Assembly (NCBI GenBank): GCA_965242865.1
Contig: CBDETK010000013.1
Span: 1,920,001 to 1,984,000, forward strand
DNA length: 64,000 nt
Source of the DNA: Candidatus Latescibacterota bacterium
Lineage (GTDB): Bacteria; Latescibacterota; UBA2968; UBA8231
Direction of reading: 5' to 3'
The translations under genes and the position numbers were made by a program. The notes under the pieces are model-generated. The model was not told where the DNA came from, made no database searches, and saw only the letters and a program-made list of their open reading frames with translations. Positions within the stretch are counted from its first letter, which is position 1; every line of letters starts with the position of its first letter. This document shows positions 19,137-29,457 of this stretch, one piece after another.

Positions 19137-19175
19137 AAAACCCCGCGCCTTTTCGACGCGGGGTTCTCATTTTCT
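19137..19175. terminator. Intrinsic terminator between convergent genes
   Basis: AACCCCGCG...CGCGGGGTT stem with A-run and T-rich flanks. Confidence 0.65.
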
Positions 19176-19176
19176 A

Positions 19177-20154
19177 TTAGCGGATGGCAATAGGCCGTCC
19201 CGGCGAGCCAGTGCCGCCTTTGAAGCGGGTCGGCGTAAAGACAAAGAGGAACTCGTACACTTCGTCGGCCAGCACTTCTTCAAAAACCATGTTCTCCAAG
19301 TTGAAGATGCCGTTTTTGGTGATGAGTTCTTGGTGAACCGGGAAAACCAACTTGGGGTCGGGGCCGGGCACCACTTCGGTAGTCCACTGGTCTGAGCCGA
19401 TCATCGAGGGTTTCATGGCGATGATCCACTCGCTCGCCTCCATGCCGATGCCGGGCGGATTGGTGTTGTAGGTTTCGGGGTCCGTCCACAGCTTGGACCA
19501 GCCATAGTTGAAGAGGAGGGCGTCGCCTTCCTCAATGCTGCTTTCGGCGATCCCCTGCTTGGCGAGCGCGCCGCGAATATCCGCGACCGTGACCTCGTAG
19601 CTGTGGTCGAGGCGCTCGACGCCCTTGTACCCGGCAATGTCGATGAGCACTCCGCGGGTGACAAAGGAGCGCACGTGTTCAATGCCCAGCTTGGTCACTC
19701 CGTACGGACTGGACATCTCGCTGGAGGGAACGCCGTTGTAGAACACGTCTTGGGTTGAGCCGTCGGCCATCTTCATGCGCGTACCAATGTGGGCCAGCCC
19801 GTCGAATTGAGTGCCGACTTGGCCGATCTCGGCGCAGAGGAACTCGTCGTAGTACATGAGCATGTTGTTCTCGCCGAAGGGGCCGCCGGTTGGCGAGCCG
19901 GGGGTGATCATAGCGTACGTGCGCTCGCCAAACAGCGGCATGCCGCGCTCGTATATTTGGCCTAGCTCGTACATCTTGCCGGTCTGGACTAGCTGCACGG
20001 CTTTGAGGATGGTCTCGGCGGTGATGCGATTGGACGCGCCGGCTTGGTCGTCGGCCCCCCACTCCGAGGGCCACCAAGGGCCTTGTTCGCGGGTCTGGGA
20101 AAAGCACGGCAGGGACAGGGCGAGCACGAGGAGTGCTGAAGCGAGCGATTTCAT
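19177..20154 (-). CDS. Secreted cyclase-family (kynurenine formamidase-like) protein
   Basis: Signal peptide, WGADDQAGASN, GQVGTQFDGLAH, RGVLIDIA, PGIG, NLEN, GGTGSPGRPIAI; AGGAGA RBS. Confidence 0.85.
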   Translation of the reverse strand: MKSLASALLVLALSLPCFSQTREQGPWWPSEWGADDQAGASNRITAETILKAVQLVQTGKMYELGQIYERGMPLFGERTYAMITPGSPTGGPFGENNMLMYYDEFLCAEIGQVGTQFDGLAHIGTRMKMADGSTQDVFYNGVPSSEMSSPYGVTKLGIEHVRSFVTRGVLIDIAGYKGVERLDHSYEVTVADIRGALAKQGIAESSIEEGDALLFNYGWSKLWTDPETYNTNPPGIGMEASEWIIAMKPSMIGSDQWTTEVVPGPDPKLVFPVHQELITKNGIFNLENMVFEEVLADEVYEFLFVFTPTRFKGGTGSPGRPIAIR

Positions 20155-20168
20155 GGAAAGTCTCCTAA

Positions 20169-20180
20169 GAAGCGGTCTGC
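20169..20180 (+). repeat. Lone left end of MITE family A ahead of paralog 2
   Basis: TAA-GAAGCGGTCTGC, identical to the first 12 bp at 1095; no matching right end found. Confidence 0.55.
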
Positions 20181-20530
20181 GCGTTTGAGTTGGCGTACTC
20201 ATAGAAGTTTCACGACAAACTCTATGGGTACGCCGAGCGGTCAATATGCCACCGATGTAACCGCTGCGCAATGGTTTCTGAAGTAAGCAGGTTGCGGCTC
20301 CTGTGTTTAGGCTCTTAATTATGGCCCGACGGCAAATAACCTTCATCAGAGCCGTACCACCACGTAGCGTCTGGTTGTTTCGTGGTAGCCTTGTAAACCG
20401 CATTTTGGCGGCCCATTTGGGGTTGGCGAATGAACGAGACCATGGGTGAGCATTTCACATCAGACCGGGGCCTTGCTGCGAGGGCCGGGCCTCGTTGGGT
20501 GCTTGGAATCAATGCCGATTTAATGTGTCG

Positions 20531-20568
20531 TAAGTCATTGAAAAACAACGGCTTACCCCCCCCGAAAA
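20531..20568 (+). promoter_or_regulatory. Palindrome + poly-C element, copy 3
   Basis: TAAGTCATTG-AAAAA-CAACGGCTTA-C8-GAAAA; ~260 bp upstream of the ATG at 20827. Confidence 0.6.
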
Positions 20569-20826
20569 TTCTTCTCTAGCACTAGCACTCCACACTCCAC
20601 TTCTCAGCATCGGCCGACGGCTCGTGTGCGGTCGTTGGGCGTCGCGTCGGTCTGGCCGCGTGGCCCCAAACCGCCCGCGGCTGGCCGGCCTTCGTCTGTA
20701 CGCCGTGTCCTTAGGTTGGGTCCTGTCTAAGTATCGCCCTAGGATGCGCCCCGCCTCTTTGGGGCGTCATGTCCCTTCTTCCAACCTGCATACCATTTCT
20801 TCCCCAACCATACAAAGGAGCAAAAA

Positions 20827-22474
20827 ATGTCTTTGTTGAAATCGATAAAAACCCTGTTTGCATTCGTCCTTTTGGGCATCGTCGGTGCTTGGATGGGCTG
20901 CTCGGACTCTGCGCCGGTCGCCTCTCGTCCTGCCGGCAAAGCCACCTGTTCCTTATGCGAATTCTTGGGCGACGACACCTACACCGCTACCGACGGACTG
21001 GCCGCCCCTGAAAGCCCCGACACCACCCAGACCGACGCCGAAGCTGACAGTACACAGGCCGAGACCGAAGCTGACGCTGACAGCACCCAATCGGCCACCG
21101 TGGAGTTCGCCGACGCCAATTTGGAGCAGGCGGTGCGGGAGGCGTTGGATCGCCCGTCAGGGCCCCTGACCCCGGCAGACTTGGCGGCCCTGACCGAACT
21201 CGACGCGAGCCATAAAAACATTGAGAGCGTGGCCGGCCTCGAACACGCGACAGCCCTGCACACGCTATATCTGCGGGACAACGAGATTACCGACGTGAGT
21301 CCCTTGGCGAGCTTGACCAACCTGCAATCGCTGTCGCTGTGGGGGAACGCGATTACCGACGTGAGTCCGCTGGCGAGCCTGAGCAACCTTCAGAAGCTGT
21401 CGCTGTGGGGCAACGAAATTACGGACGTGCAGCCGTTAGCCGGCCTAACGAACCTGCAATGGCTCCAGCTAGGAGACAACGAGATTGCGGATATAAGTCC
21501 GTTGGCGAGCCTGACTAACTTGCAATGGCTGGGCGTGATGGAAAACGCCCTCAGCCAGCACGCGGCCAACCAACAACTCGCCGCCGCGATAACAAGCGGC
21601 CTCCGCGTCGAAGCGGTGATAGAAAAATACCCCCGCGTCGAAACCGTCCAACCGGAATCGACGGAACCACCCGTCGTACCAGTGCCCGCCCTATACTGGA
21701 CGGACAGTGGTACACCTAATATTCAGCGGGCCAACCTCGATGGCTCAAACCGCGAAGTCCTCTCCCACTCCATCCCGAGATTGACGACGCCATCGGGCAT
21801 CGCGCTGGATTTGGTGCGTGGAAAGATGTACTGGACAGACTGGAGCAGAAGAAAAATTCAGCGGGCCAATCTCGACGGTTCACAGGTCGAAGACCTCATC
21901 ACTATCACCGAGGGATTGGCTTCTCCATCGGGCATCGCGCTGGATTTGGTGAGCGGAAAGATATACTGGACAGACACTGGCACGAATAAAATTCAGCGGG
22001 CCAACTTGGATGGCAGACAGGTACGAGACCTCGTCACGGAATTGGCTTCTCCACAGGGCATCGCGCTGGATTTGGCGCGCGGAAAGATGTACTGGACAGA
22101 AATTGGCACTGGCGCGGCTAAAATTCAGCGGGCCAACCTGAATGGCAGACAGGTCGAAACCCTCCCCATCACGGGATTGAATACTCCACAGGACATCGCG
22201 CTGGACTTGGTGAATGGAAAGATGTACTGGACAGACGGGGGGACAGAGGAGATTCTGCGGGCCAACCTAAATGGCTTAGAGGTCGAAACCCTCCCCACTC
22301 CCGGGATTAGACGATCCATCGGGCATCGCGCTGGATTTGGTGAACGGAAAGATGTACTGGGTGGACGCTGTCGAGAGAAAGATTCAGCGGGCCAACTTGG
22401 ATGGCAGACAGGTCGAAACCCTCCCCATCACGGGATTGAATATTCCATGGAGCATCGCGCTGGGTACTCGGTAG
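20827..22474 (+). CDS. LRR + YWTD lipoprotein, paralog 2, with a +1 frameshift near 22298
   Basis: N-terminal/LRR half nearly identical to 1908..3407. The sixth YWTD repeat continues in the shifted frame (GLDDPSGIALDLVNGKMYWVD...SIALGTR*, TAG 22472-22474). Confidence 0.85.
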
Positions 22475-22493
22475 TTGCGGCCCTGAATCAAGC

Positions 22494-22946
22494 TCAGACG
22501 AACTTGACTACCACCAAGAGCACGATGACGATCACCAGCACCGTGGGCACTTCGTTGAGGCCGCGGAAGAATTGCTCGCTCTTCTCGTTTTCGCCGCGTT
22601 CAAAAGCCTTGCGATAGGCAGAGAGCATGCCGTGCAGGGCCGCCAGCGCGAGCACCAGCACCAATTTGAGGTGCATCCAATAGCCCGTGCCGGGTGCGCC
22701 GGCCCCGGTGGCGAGAATGAGCAGGATTCCGGTAATAAACGAAACGATCATCGCCGGATTCATAATCACCTTCAGCAACTTGCGCTCCATGACCTTGAAG
22801 GTCGCATCGGCTTCGGAACCCGGGGTGACCCGGCAGTGATAGACATAGAGGCGCGGCAGGTAGAGCATACCGGCCATCCAGAAGATGATGAAGGCGACGT
22901 GAATCGCTTTGAGCCACAGGTAGTACTCGCTTGCAAAGGCACTCAT
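22494..22946 (-). CDS. hemJ: Protoporphyrinogen oxidase HemJ
   Basis: WLKAIHV..I.WMAGMLYLPRLYVYH, MERKLLKVIMNPAM, WMHLKL, FFRGLNEVP. Confidence 0.9.
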   Translation of the reverse strand: MSAFASEYYLWLKAIHVAFIIFWMAGMLYLPRLYVYHCRVTPGSEADATFKVMERKLLKVIMNPAMIVSFITGILLILATGAGAPGTGYWMHLKLVLVLALAALHGMLSAYRKAFERGENEKSEQFFRGLNEVPTVLVIVIVLLVVVKFV

Positions 22947-22960
22947 TGTGGATGAACTCC

Positions 22961-23278
22961 TCAGGTACGCGTCGTTGCCAGCGCGGCTTCGTGGAGGGCG
23001 TCGACCGTTTGGGCTTCTAGTCCCATGTCGAGGCTGGGAATGGACTTGGACTGGCCGATAAAGAGCGTCGCGTAAAATGTGCAAGCCGCCAGATAAGACC
23101 CGGCAAGGCTGGGATGGCTTTGGTCCTTGTCGTGCAGGACGATAGCGGGATGGGCCGCTAGGCAGTGCTGCCAAGCTAGCCCCACGGGCACGACGGTCGC
23201 GCCGATCGTGCGTCCTACTTCAATGTCGTTGCGTGCGGTGAAGCTGTTGCCGATGAAAAGGACGCGGGTACTATCCAA
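22961..23278 (-). pseudogene. SGNH-hydrolase gene with an in-frame internal deletion
   Basis: Block I RVLFIGNSFT is joined almost directly to VVPVGLAW...DQSHPSLAGSYLAAC (block V); blocks II/III are absent. Confidence 0.65.
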
Positions 23279-23396
23279 GCGCACAACTACTTGGAGCTCG
23301 ACGAAACGCGGCAGGCCACAGAATCCACTGGCAAGGGCTTTTCCCGCGCTCAATAAAAGGCCACTTCTTCACCGGCCTTGACCTGATAGAGTACGT

Positions 23397-24203
23397 CTAG
23401 TACCCCAACCCGCGCAAATAGTCGCGCATCCCCGCACTCCGCCGCGCCTCGCGGACCGCGTCTTCGCCCTCGTAGGCCGGCTCGCCCGGACAACTCGTAA
23501 CCCAGCGGGCAAAGCCCCGCTCGGCGAGGGTGTTGAGCACCCCGGCAAAGTCGAGGCACTCGCCCTCGCCGACCGAAACCCACGCGGGATTGTAGCGCCC
23601 CGGCGCACGCACCGGGCAAGACGTATAGTCCTGTAGGTGGACGTAATTGAGTTGCTCCCAAAAGTCCGTCAGCGACTGCACGGGGTCGGAGCCCCACAGC
23701 TCGGCGTGTGAGACATCGATGCACAGCCGCGCCTTGTCCAACAAGCTCATGTACAGCCGCCAGTCCTCGGCCGAATCCACCAGCAAGTTGGTGTGGATGT
23801 GGTAGCTTAGCTCCAGCCCGTACTGGGCCGCGTACTCGGCCCACAGCTCGGCCCCCTCGGCCGCCCGCTCAATATCGGCGCGGTCGGTCGGTCGGCCCTC
23901 GGGCTTGCGACCACTCATAAACATAAAGCAGTCCACCCCCATCGCAGCGGCGAAATCCATCCGCCGCTTGTTCCGCTCGGTGTGCGCCCAGTCGCGGTCT
24001 TCGGGCGAGCCACTAGCCGTAAACACGCACAGCGGCATGTCCGCGTCTTCGCACACTTGCTTCAGCCGCTTCGGTGGCCCTAACCAGTCAAGCGGCAAGC
24101 GCCCCTCCCAGCCGTCCCAACCGGCCTTTTTGAGCTCGGGCAGGGCTTGGGTCAAATCCGGCTGCCGCCAGCGCAGGGTCGCGTATCCCATCTTGAGTGC
24201 CAT
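23397..24203 (-). CDS. Sugar-phosphate isomerase/epimerase (IolE-like TIM barrel)
   Basis: YHIHTN, LCIDVSH, YVHLQD, VGEGECLDF. Confidence 0.8.
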   Translation of the reverse strand: MALKMGYATLRWRQPDLTQALPELKKAGWDGWEGRLPLDWLGPPKRLKQVCEDADMPLCVFTASGSPEDRDWAHTERNKRRMDFAAAMGVDCFMFMSGRKPEGRPTDRADIERAAEGAELWAEYAAQYGLELSYHIHTNLLVDSAEDWRLYMSLLDKARLCIDVSHAELWGSDPVQSLTDFWEQLNYVHLQDYTSCPVRAPGRYNPAWVSVGEGECLDFAGVLNTLAERGFARWVTSCPGEPAYEGEDAVREARRSAGMRDYLRGLGY

Positions 24204-24297
24204 AATCTTCCTCCTTGGTCGTGATCGTGGTGGTTTAACTTACACTACGGGCAAAGTTCGTTGCCCTTTTCTGGCATCGCAACGATATTTTTTCACC

Positions 24298-26616
24298 ATG
24301 GAAAATGCCCCTTCTCTCTCGCGTGGCCAAGTGCATCGCGCCCTCCGCTCCTTCGTCGTCGCCAGCGGCTTGTGGGGTGCTTGGGGGCAAGCCTGTGGAC
24401 TGGGGACAGCCGCCTTTACCGGCTTTGCGCTGTATCTAGGCGCCGACGGGGCCTTTATCGCCCTGTTCACCTCGGCCGCGTACTTCCTCGCGCTGACGCA
24501 GTTGCTCGCGCCCCTGTTGAGCGCCCGCGTCCGCGACAAGAAGCACCTCGTCGTCGTCGGAGGGTGCGTGGAAATCGCCTTCCGCGGGCTGCCGCTGATC
24601 ATCCCCCTCCTCGTCCCAGCGCAGTACCGGCTCGCGGCCTTGGTGTCCATGGTCAGCCTCAGCCTATTCAGCGGCTATGCGATCTCGCCCTTTTACAGCA
24701 CTTGGATCGCCAACGCCGTGCCGGAAAATATCCGCGCGCGCTTTGCCAGTCGCCAGACCATCGTCAGCACCGTAGTGGCTATGATCGCCGGTTTTGCGAT
24801 CGGCCAATTCCTCGACCTTTTTCCCGGAACGAGCGGCTTTGTCTGGGTCTTTGCGGTCGGGACGCTTTTTGGCCTCTTGGGCTACGCCAATCTCCGCCGC
24901 GCCCCCTTCCCCCAACAGACAGCCGCCACCGACGAACAAAGCACGCGCCTGCGCGACCTCTTGCAGCCCTTCCACGACGCCAACTTCCGCCGCGCCGCCC
25001 TCTTTTTTGGCCTGTGGACCTTTGGCGTTGGGCTGGCCGGGCCGCTCTACAGCGTCTTTATGCTCGACCGCTTGCAGATTTCCTATACCGAGGTCTCGAT
25101 TTTTAACGCCCTGTTCATGCTGACCAGCATCGCCGGCTACCGGCTCTGGGCCGGCCTCATCGACCGCTTCGGCGCCAGACCGGTGCTGCAAATCCTGATG
25201 ACGCCGGCCGCGTTCCTGCCGCTCGTCTGGGCCTTTAACCAGCCGGGGGCCTACTCGCTCGTACCCGTGGCCTTAGTCCTGAGCGGCATCCTATTCTCCG
25301 GGATCGGGGTCGGCATCAACCCCCTGCTCTACGGCCTGTTGCCCCAAGGCGAGAAGCGCACGATGTACTTGGCGACTTGGTCGGTAACGGTCAACGTAAT
25401 GGGGGCTCTCGGCCCCTTGTTGGGCGGCCTGCTCGTCGCCCAGCTAGAGGGCCTGCGCTTTGTGGTGTTCGGCGTGCCCATGGGCGACTTGCAGGTCATC
25501 TTTGCCCTCAGCGCCTTGACCCGGCTAGCGCCCTTGTTCATCCTCCGCACCGTCCGCGACGCGCGGAGCGCGACATCGCGCAGCCTGCTCTCGCGGATGC
25601 TGCGCGGCAACGTCCTCAGCTACGCCTACAACGCCACCATCTTCAGCCTCGCCACGGCCGAGGGCACGAGGGCCCGCGCGGCCGAAGCCCTCGGCCGTTC
25701 GGGCAACCCCCTCGCCATCGAGCAATTGGTCCAAGCTCTGGCCGACGCCAGCCCCCGGGTGCGCCGCGCCGCGGCCCGCGCCTTGGGCGAGAGCCGCTCG
25801 GAAAGCGCGGCCCAACCCCTAATGAGCCAGCTCATCGACGGGGCCTCAGACATCCGCAGCGAGGCGGCCGAAGCGCTGGGTCGCCTCGGATATTCCACGA
25901 GTATCAATCCCCTAGTTGAGGCCCTCGACGACGCCGATCCCCGCGTGCGCCTCAGCGCCATCCGCGGCCTAGCCAGCATCCGCGGCGACGAAGTCCACGA
26001 GCTATTATTCTGGCACTTTGGCAGCGATTTCGACCCGCTGACGTTCCCGACGCTGGTCGATGTCCTCGGCGAGCGCCAAGACCGCCGCATCGTCAAACCC
26101 GCGCTAGACCGCCTGACCGACTTTCCCTCCCCGGCCGTGCGCTTGCAACTGCTCAACGGGGTCTGCCGGGCACTGGGCGCCGGCGATCGGTTTTACCGCT
26201 TGCTCTCGCGCGAGGATACCGACCGCGTCGCGGCCATCTCCCGGCTGTTGCGCCGGGCGACCGCCTCCTTGGGCGCGGGGTGCTGCATTGGTGCGGCATA
26301 CCGCACTCAGCTCAAGACCCTGTGTCGGGAGGTGGTCGTCGCGTATGAAGAGGAAAAGGCCGAGGCCCTAGTTGAGGCTATACGGCAGGTAACGCGCACC
26401 GTGCGCGACGGACTCGCTGCCGCCCAACCCGCCGGAGACGCTGCCACGGACGATCGAGCCTACGACAAGCTCTTGGCGTACGTCGTTGTCACCGCCATTG
26501 GCCGCTTCATCAACAGCCCGGTGCGGCAAGCGTTTCCCGTGGCCCAAGAGATTTTTCTCGCCGTGTGCCTCGCGCGCCTAGCCGCCCTAGTCCGCCAGCT
26601 CGACGACCGCGGTTGA
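24298..26616 (+). CDS. MFS transporter fused to a C-terminal HEAT-repeat domain
   Basis: About 12 hydrophobic segments with a WAGLIDRFGARP motif, then RARAAEALG / VRRAAARALG / IRSEAAEALG repeats. Confidence 0.85.
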   Translation: MENAPSLSRGQVHRALRSFVVASGLWGAWGQACGLGTAAFTGFALYLGADGAFIALFTSAAYFLALTQLLAPLLSARVRDKKHLVVVGGCVEIAFRGLPLIIPLLVPAQYRLAALVSMVSLSLFSGYAISPFYSTWIANAVPENIRARFASRQTIVSTVVAMIAGFAIGQFLDLFPGTSGFVWVFAVGTLFGLLGYANLRRAPFPQQTAATDEQSTRLRDLLQPFHDANFRRAALFFGLWTFGVGLAGPLYSVFMLDRLQISYTEVSIFNALFMLTSIAGYRLWAGLIDRFGARPVLQILMTPAAFLPLVWAFNQPGAYSLVPVALVLSGILFSGIGVGINPLLYGLLPQGEKRTMYLATWSVTVNVMGALGPLLGGLLVAQLEGLRFVVFGVPMGDLQVIFALSALTRLAPLFILRTVRDARSATSRSLLSRMLRGNVLSYAYNATIFSLATAEGTRARAAEALGRSGNPLAIEQLVQALADASPRVRRAAARALGESRSESAAQPLMSQLIDGASDIRSEAAEALGRLGYSTSINPLVEALDDADPRVRLSAIRGLASIRGDEVHELLFWHFGSDFDPLTFPTLVDVLGERQDRRIVKPALDRLTDFPSPAVRLQLLNGVCRALGAGDRFYRLLSREDTDRVAAISRLLRRATASLGAGCCIGAAYRTQLKTLCREVVVAYEEEKAEALVEAIRQVTRTVRDGLAAAQPAGDAATDDRAYDKLLAYVVVTAIGRFINSPVRQAFPVAQEIFLAVCLARLAALVRQLDDRG

Positions 26617-26620
26617 CCGC

Positions 26621-27337
26621 TTAGGATCGGCGGCGATGCGCCCAGCGGACGCGCACCAAATCCCTGACAGTGACGAGCGTCTCGGTCACCGGGTTAAAGC
26701 GACTGTCCGGGTCGAAACGCCACTTCACGGGGATTTTTGCAATGCGGTAGCCCGATTGACGCGCCAGCAGCAAAAGCTCCACGTCGAACATGAAGCCCGT
26801 GACCTGCTGCCGAGCGCAGAGGTCGCGCACCACGGCGGCCTGAAAGAACTTAAATCCACACTGAGTGTCGCCGAACTCGCCCAAGCCCACCAGCATCCGC
26901 GAGAGCCAGCTAAACGCCGCAGACCCCCACTGCCGGTAGCACCGGCGCGCGACGACGAATTCGGTCGCGCTCAGCGTCCGGTCGCCGATCACCCCGTCCC
27001 ACCCGGCGGCCAATAGGGGCATCACCTCGTCGAGCGCGGCGATGTCGGTCTTGTAGTCGCCATCCATAAAGCCGATGTAGCGGCCTTGGGCCTCGGCCAC
27101 GCCGCGCCGCACGGAATACCCTTTGCCGCGGTTGCGGTCGTTTTGCACCCAGCGGACTTGCGGATGCTCGCGGGCGCATTCGGCAATGCGGTCGACCATG
27201 CGGTCGGTGCTGCCGTCATCAACGACCAGCAATTCGCAAGACCACGGCCGCTGTTGCAGCAGCGCGAGCGTCTGCTCCAAGGCGACGAGAATCCGCTTCT
27301 CTTCGTTGTACGCGGGTATGATGATGCTCAAATCCAT
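26621..27337 (-). CDS. Glycosyltransferase family 2 (polyprenyl-phosphate hexosyltransferase-like)
   Basis: IIIPAYNEE, VDDGSTD, NRGKG, DGD, DTQCGFK, FDVELL. Confidence 0.9.
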   Translation of the reverse strand: MDLSIIIPAYNEEKRILVALEQTLALLQQRPWSCELLVVDDGSTDRMVDRIAECAREHPQVRWVQNDRNRGKGYSVRRGVAEAQGRYIGFMDGDYKTDIAALDEVMPLLAAGWDGVIGDRTLSATEFVVARRCYRQWGSAAFSWLSRMLVGLGEFGDTQCGFKFFQAAVVRDLCARQQVTGFMFDVELLLLARQSGYRIAKIPVKWRFDPDSRFNPVTETLVTVRDLVRVRWAHRRRS

Positions 27338-27367
27338 AGTAGCAGTAGCGCAATCGCGGCGGCCCGC

Positions 27368-27396
27368 TTGACGCCTCTAGCCGCCGCCCCTATAAT
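27368..27396 (+). promoter_or_regulatory. Sigma70 promoter for hinT
   Basis: TTGACG-17 bp-TATAAT. Confidence 0.7.
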
Positions 27397-27436
27397 CCGC
27401 CGCAACCCGCACCCCTAAGCCATGCGAGCAAGGCCA

Positions 27437-27784
27437 ATGAGCGAGGAAACCATTTTTAGCAAAATCATCCGCCGCGAAATTCCCGCCGCCATCGTGTACG
27501 AAGACGACGACTGTCTGGCTTTCCGCGACATCCAGCCGCAGGCCCCGACGCACATCCTCGTCATCCCCAAGGAAGCTGTCGCGGGCGTCCAACACGCTGC
27601 GCCCGAACACGGTCGCCTGCTCGGGCACCTGCTGCTCAAGGCCAGCCAGATCGCCGTTGAGCAGGGCCTAGCCGCAACCGGCTACCGCTTGGTGATCAAC
27701 GCTGGCGACGACGGCGGGCAAACCGTAGCCCATCTCCACGTCCACCTGCTCGGCGGCCGCCCAATGCAGTGGCCGCCCGGATAA
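27437..27784 (+). CDS. hinT: HIT-family nucleoside phosphoramidase
   Basis: TIFSKII, FRDIQPQAPTHILVIP, GQTVAHLHVHLLGGR, WPPG. Confidence 0.95.
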   Translation: MSEETIFSKIIRREIPAAIVYEDDDCLAFRDIQPQAPTHILVIPKEAVAGVQHAAPEHGRLLGHLLLKASQIAVEQGLAATGYRLVINAGDDGGQTVAHLHVHLLGGRPMQWPPG

Positions 27785-27817
27785 AAAAAGAGGCGATGCC
27801 GCGCTGGGCACCGCCTC
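27785..27817 (-). terminator. Intrinsic terminator for rplC
   Basis: GAGGCG.TGCC / GGCA.CGCCTC stem next to an A-run, which forms the T-tail on the minus strand. Confidence 0.6.
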
Positions 27818-27840
27818 GCAAGTGCTCTTAAAGCAGGGGG

Positions 27841-28458
27841 TCAGAGGGTCTGTATCAGGAGGTAGCCATTGGTCCCCCCCGGGACAGCCCCCTTGAGGAA
27901 GAGCAAATTGCGATCCGCGTCGATTCGCTCGACCGTCAATCCCTTTGTGGAGACTCGCTTGTTGCCCATCTGGCCAGACATTTTCTTGCCCTTCCACACC
28001 TTCCCGGGCGTCGTGCCTTGGCCGATGGAGCCGCCGTGGCGCACGGTATCCGGGGTGCCGTGGCTGGCGTTTTTGCCGCGGAAACCGTGGCGCTTGACCA
28101 CGCCGGCAAACCCCTTGCCCTTGGACTTCCCCGTCACTTTGACCCGGCGGCCGACCTCAAACTGGCTCACATCCAAGACTTGGCCGACCTCAAACTCGCC
28201 CGCTTCGCCGCGAAATTCGCGCAGGATGCGGTGCCCGCTCGCGCCGGCCTTGGCCAGATGGCCCCTTTGCGGCTTGGTCAACTTGCGCTCGGGCACTTCG
28301 TCGAAGGCAAGCTGCAACGCCGAGTATCCGTTGTTCTCTTCGGTCCGCACTTGTATCACCGGGCAAGGGCCGGCCGCGACGATCGTCACCGGCGTGAGCT
28401 CCTCGCGGTCGTTGTACACCTGCGTCATGCCCAACTTTTTGCCAATCAAGGCCCCCAT
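27841..28458 (-). CDS. rplC: 50S ribosomal protein L3 (uL3), stand-alone
   Basis: GKKLGMTQ, PVT, GYSALQL, GKSKGKGFAGVVKRHGF, SHG, GSIGQ, PGKVWKGKKMSGQMG, KGAVPG. Confidence 0.97.
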   Translation of the reverse strand: MGALIGKKLGMTQVYNDREELTPVTIVAAGPCPVIQVRTEENNGYSALQLAFDEVPERKLTKPQRGHLAKAGASGHRILREFRGEAGEFEVGQVLDVSQFEVGRRVKVTGKSKGKGFAGVVKRHGFRGKNASHGTPDTVRHGGSIGQGTTPGKVWKGKKMSGQMGNKRVSTKGLTVERIDADRNLLFLKGAVPGGTNGYLLIQTL

Positions 28459-28502
28459 AAGGCCAACTCCTTCAAATAGTTGTAGAGCAAACAGAATTGT
28501 AG

Positions 28503-28531
28503 AAATTACGCAAAAGTTTTCTAGCGAGCAA
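28503..28531 (-). promoter_or_regulatory. Candidate promoter for rplC
   Basis: Minus strand TTGCTC-17 bp-TAATTT in an AT-rich patch, with a GAAGGAG RBS downstream. Confidence 0.45.
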
Positions 28532-28557
28532 GAGAGGCCCGCGGCCGGGCGGCACCA

Positions 28558-29457
28558 TTGAGCGCGATAACCATATTTCGCGGCGGGGCCATCGGCGATT
28601 TCGTCCTCACTCTCCCCGCCATTGAGGCCGTGCGCCGGGCCTTTCCCGCGGCCGACTTGCGCCTCATCGGCCGACCAGCGACCCTAGTGCTCGGGCCAGC
28701 GGCCTCCATCCTCGATGGCGAAGACCCGCGCCTGATCGCCCTGCACCGCGCCGGGCCGCTTCCCCCGGCCACCCGCCAGCTCTTCGCCGCGACGCAGCGC
28801 GTACTAGCATATACAGTGGATGCTCAACATCACTTAGGTCCGCAACTGCGCCGAGCGGTCGCCGGTCCGGTGCTGCTATGGGACCCGCGGCCCCCGGCCG
28901 ATTTCCGCGGCCACATCGTCGATCACTTGCTAAGTCCCCTGCGGCAATGGGGCTTGCCCATCTGCGACCGCACCCCCCACATCGCGTTGCGGCCCGGCGA
29001 CGATGGCTACGTAGAAACGCTCGCCTCCGCGCCCGAAGTCGTCATCCACCTAGGCAGCGGCTCGCCCGCCAAGTGCTGGCCCGCGGCGAATTTCCACGCC
29101 CTCGCCCGTGCGCTGCAAAAAAGAGGCTGGCACACCGCCTTCCTGTGCGGCCCGGTCGAACGCGAACGCCCGCGCTCCACCGGCGGCCTACCCGTGCTCC
29201 ACCCCCCAGACCTGCGCGCCCTCGCCGGCTTGCTCGCCCAAGCCGCGCTCTTTATCGGCAACGACTCCGGGCCTGGGCACATCGCCGCGGCCGTTGGCAC
29301 TCCGACCTTGACGCTGTTCGGCCCCACCGACCCCCGGCGGTGGGCACCGCGCGGCCCATGCAGTCGAGTCCTGCAAGCACCAGCCGGCGACCTCGCTGCG
29401 ATCCCCACTGCGACCGCAATAGATGCGGCACTGGCCCTCCTCCAGCGTGCGCGATGA
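28558..29457 (+). CDS. Glycosyltransferase family 9 (heptosyltransferase-like)
   Basis: [36 protein letters not shown]. Confidence 0.9.
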   Translation: MSAITIFRGGAIGDFVLTLPAIEAVRRAFPAADLRLIGRPATLVLGPAASILDGEDPRLIALHRAGPLPPATRQLFAATQRVLAYTVDAQHHLGPQLRRAVAGPVLLWDPRPPADFRGHIVDHLLSPLRQWGLPICDRTPHIALRPGDDGYVETLASAPEVVIHLGSGSPAKCWPAANFHALARALQKRGWHTAFLCGPVERERPRSTGGLPVLHPPDLRALAGLLAQAALFIGNDSGPGHIAAAVGTPTLTLFGPTDPRRWAPRGPCSRVLQAPAGDLAAIPTATAIDAALALLQRAR

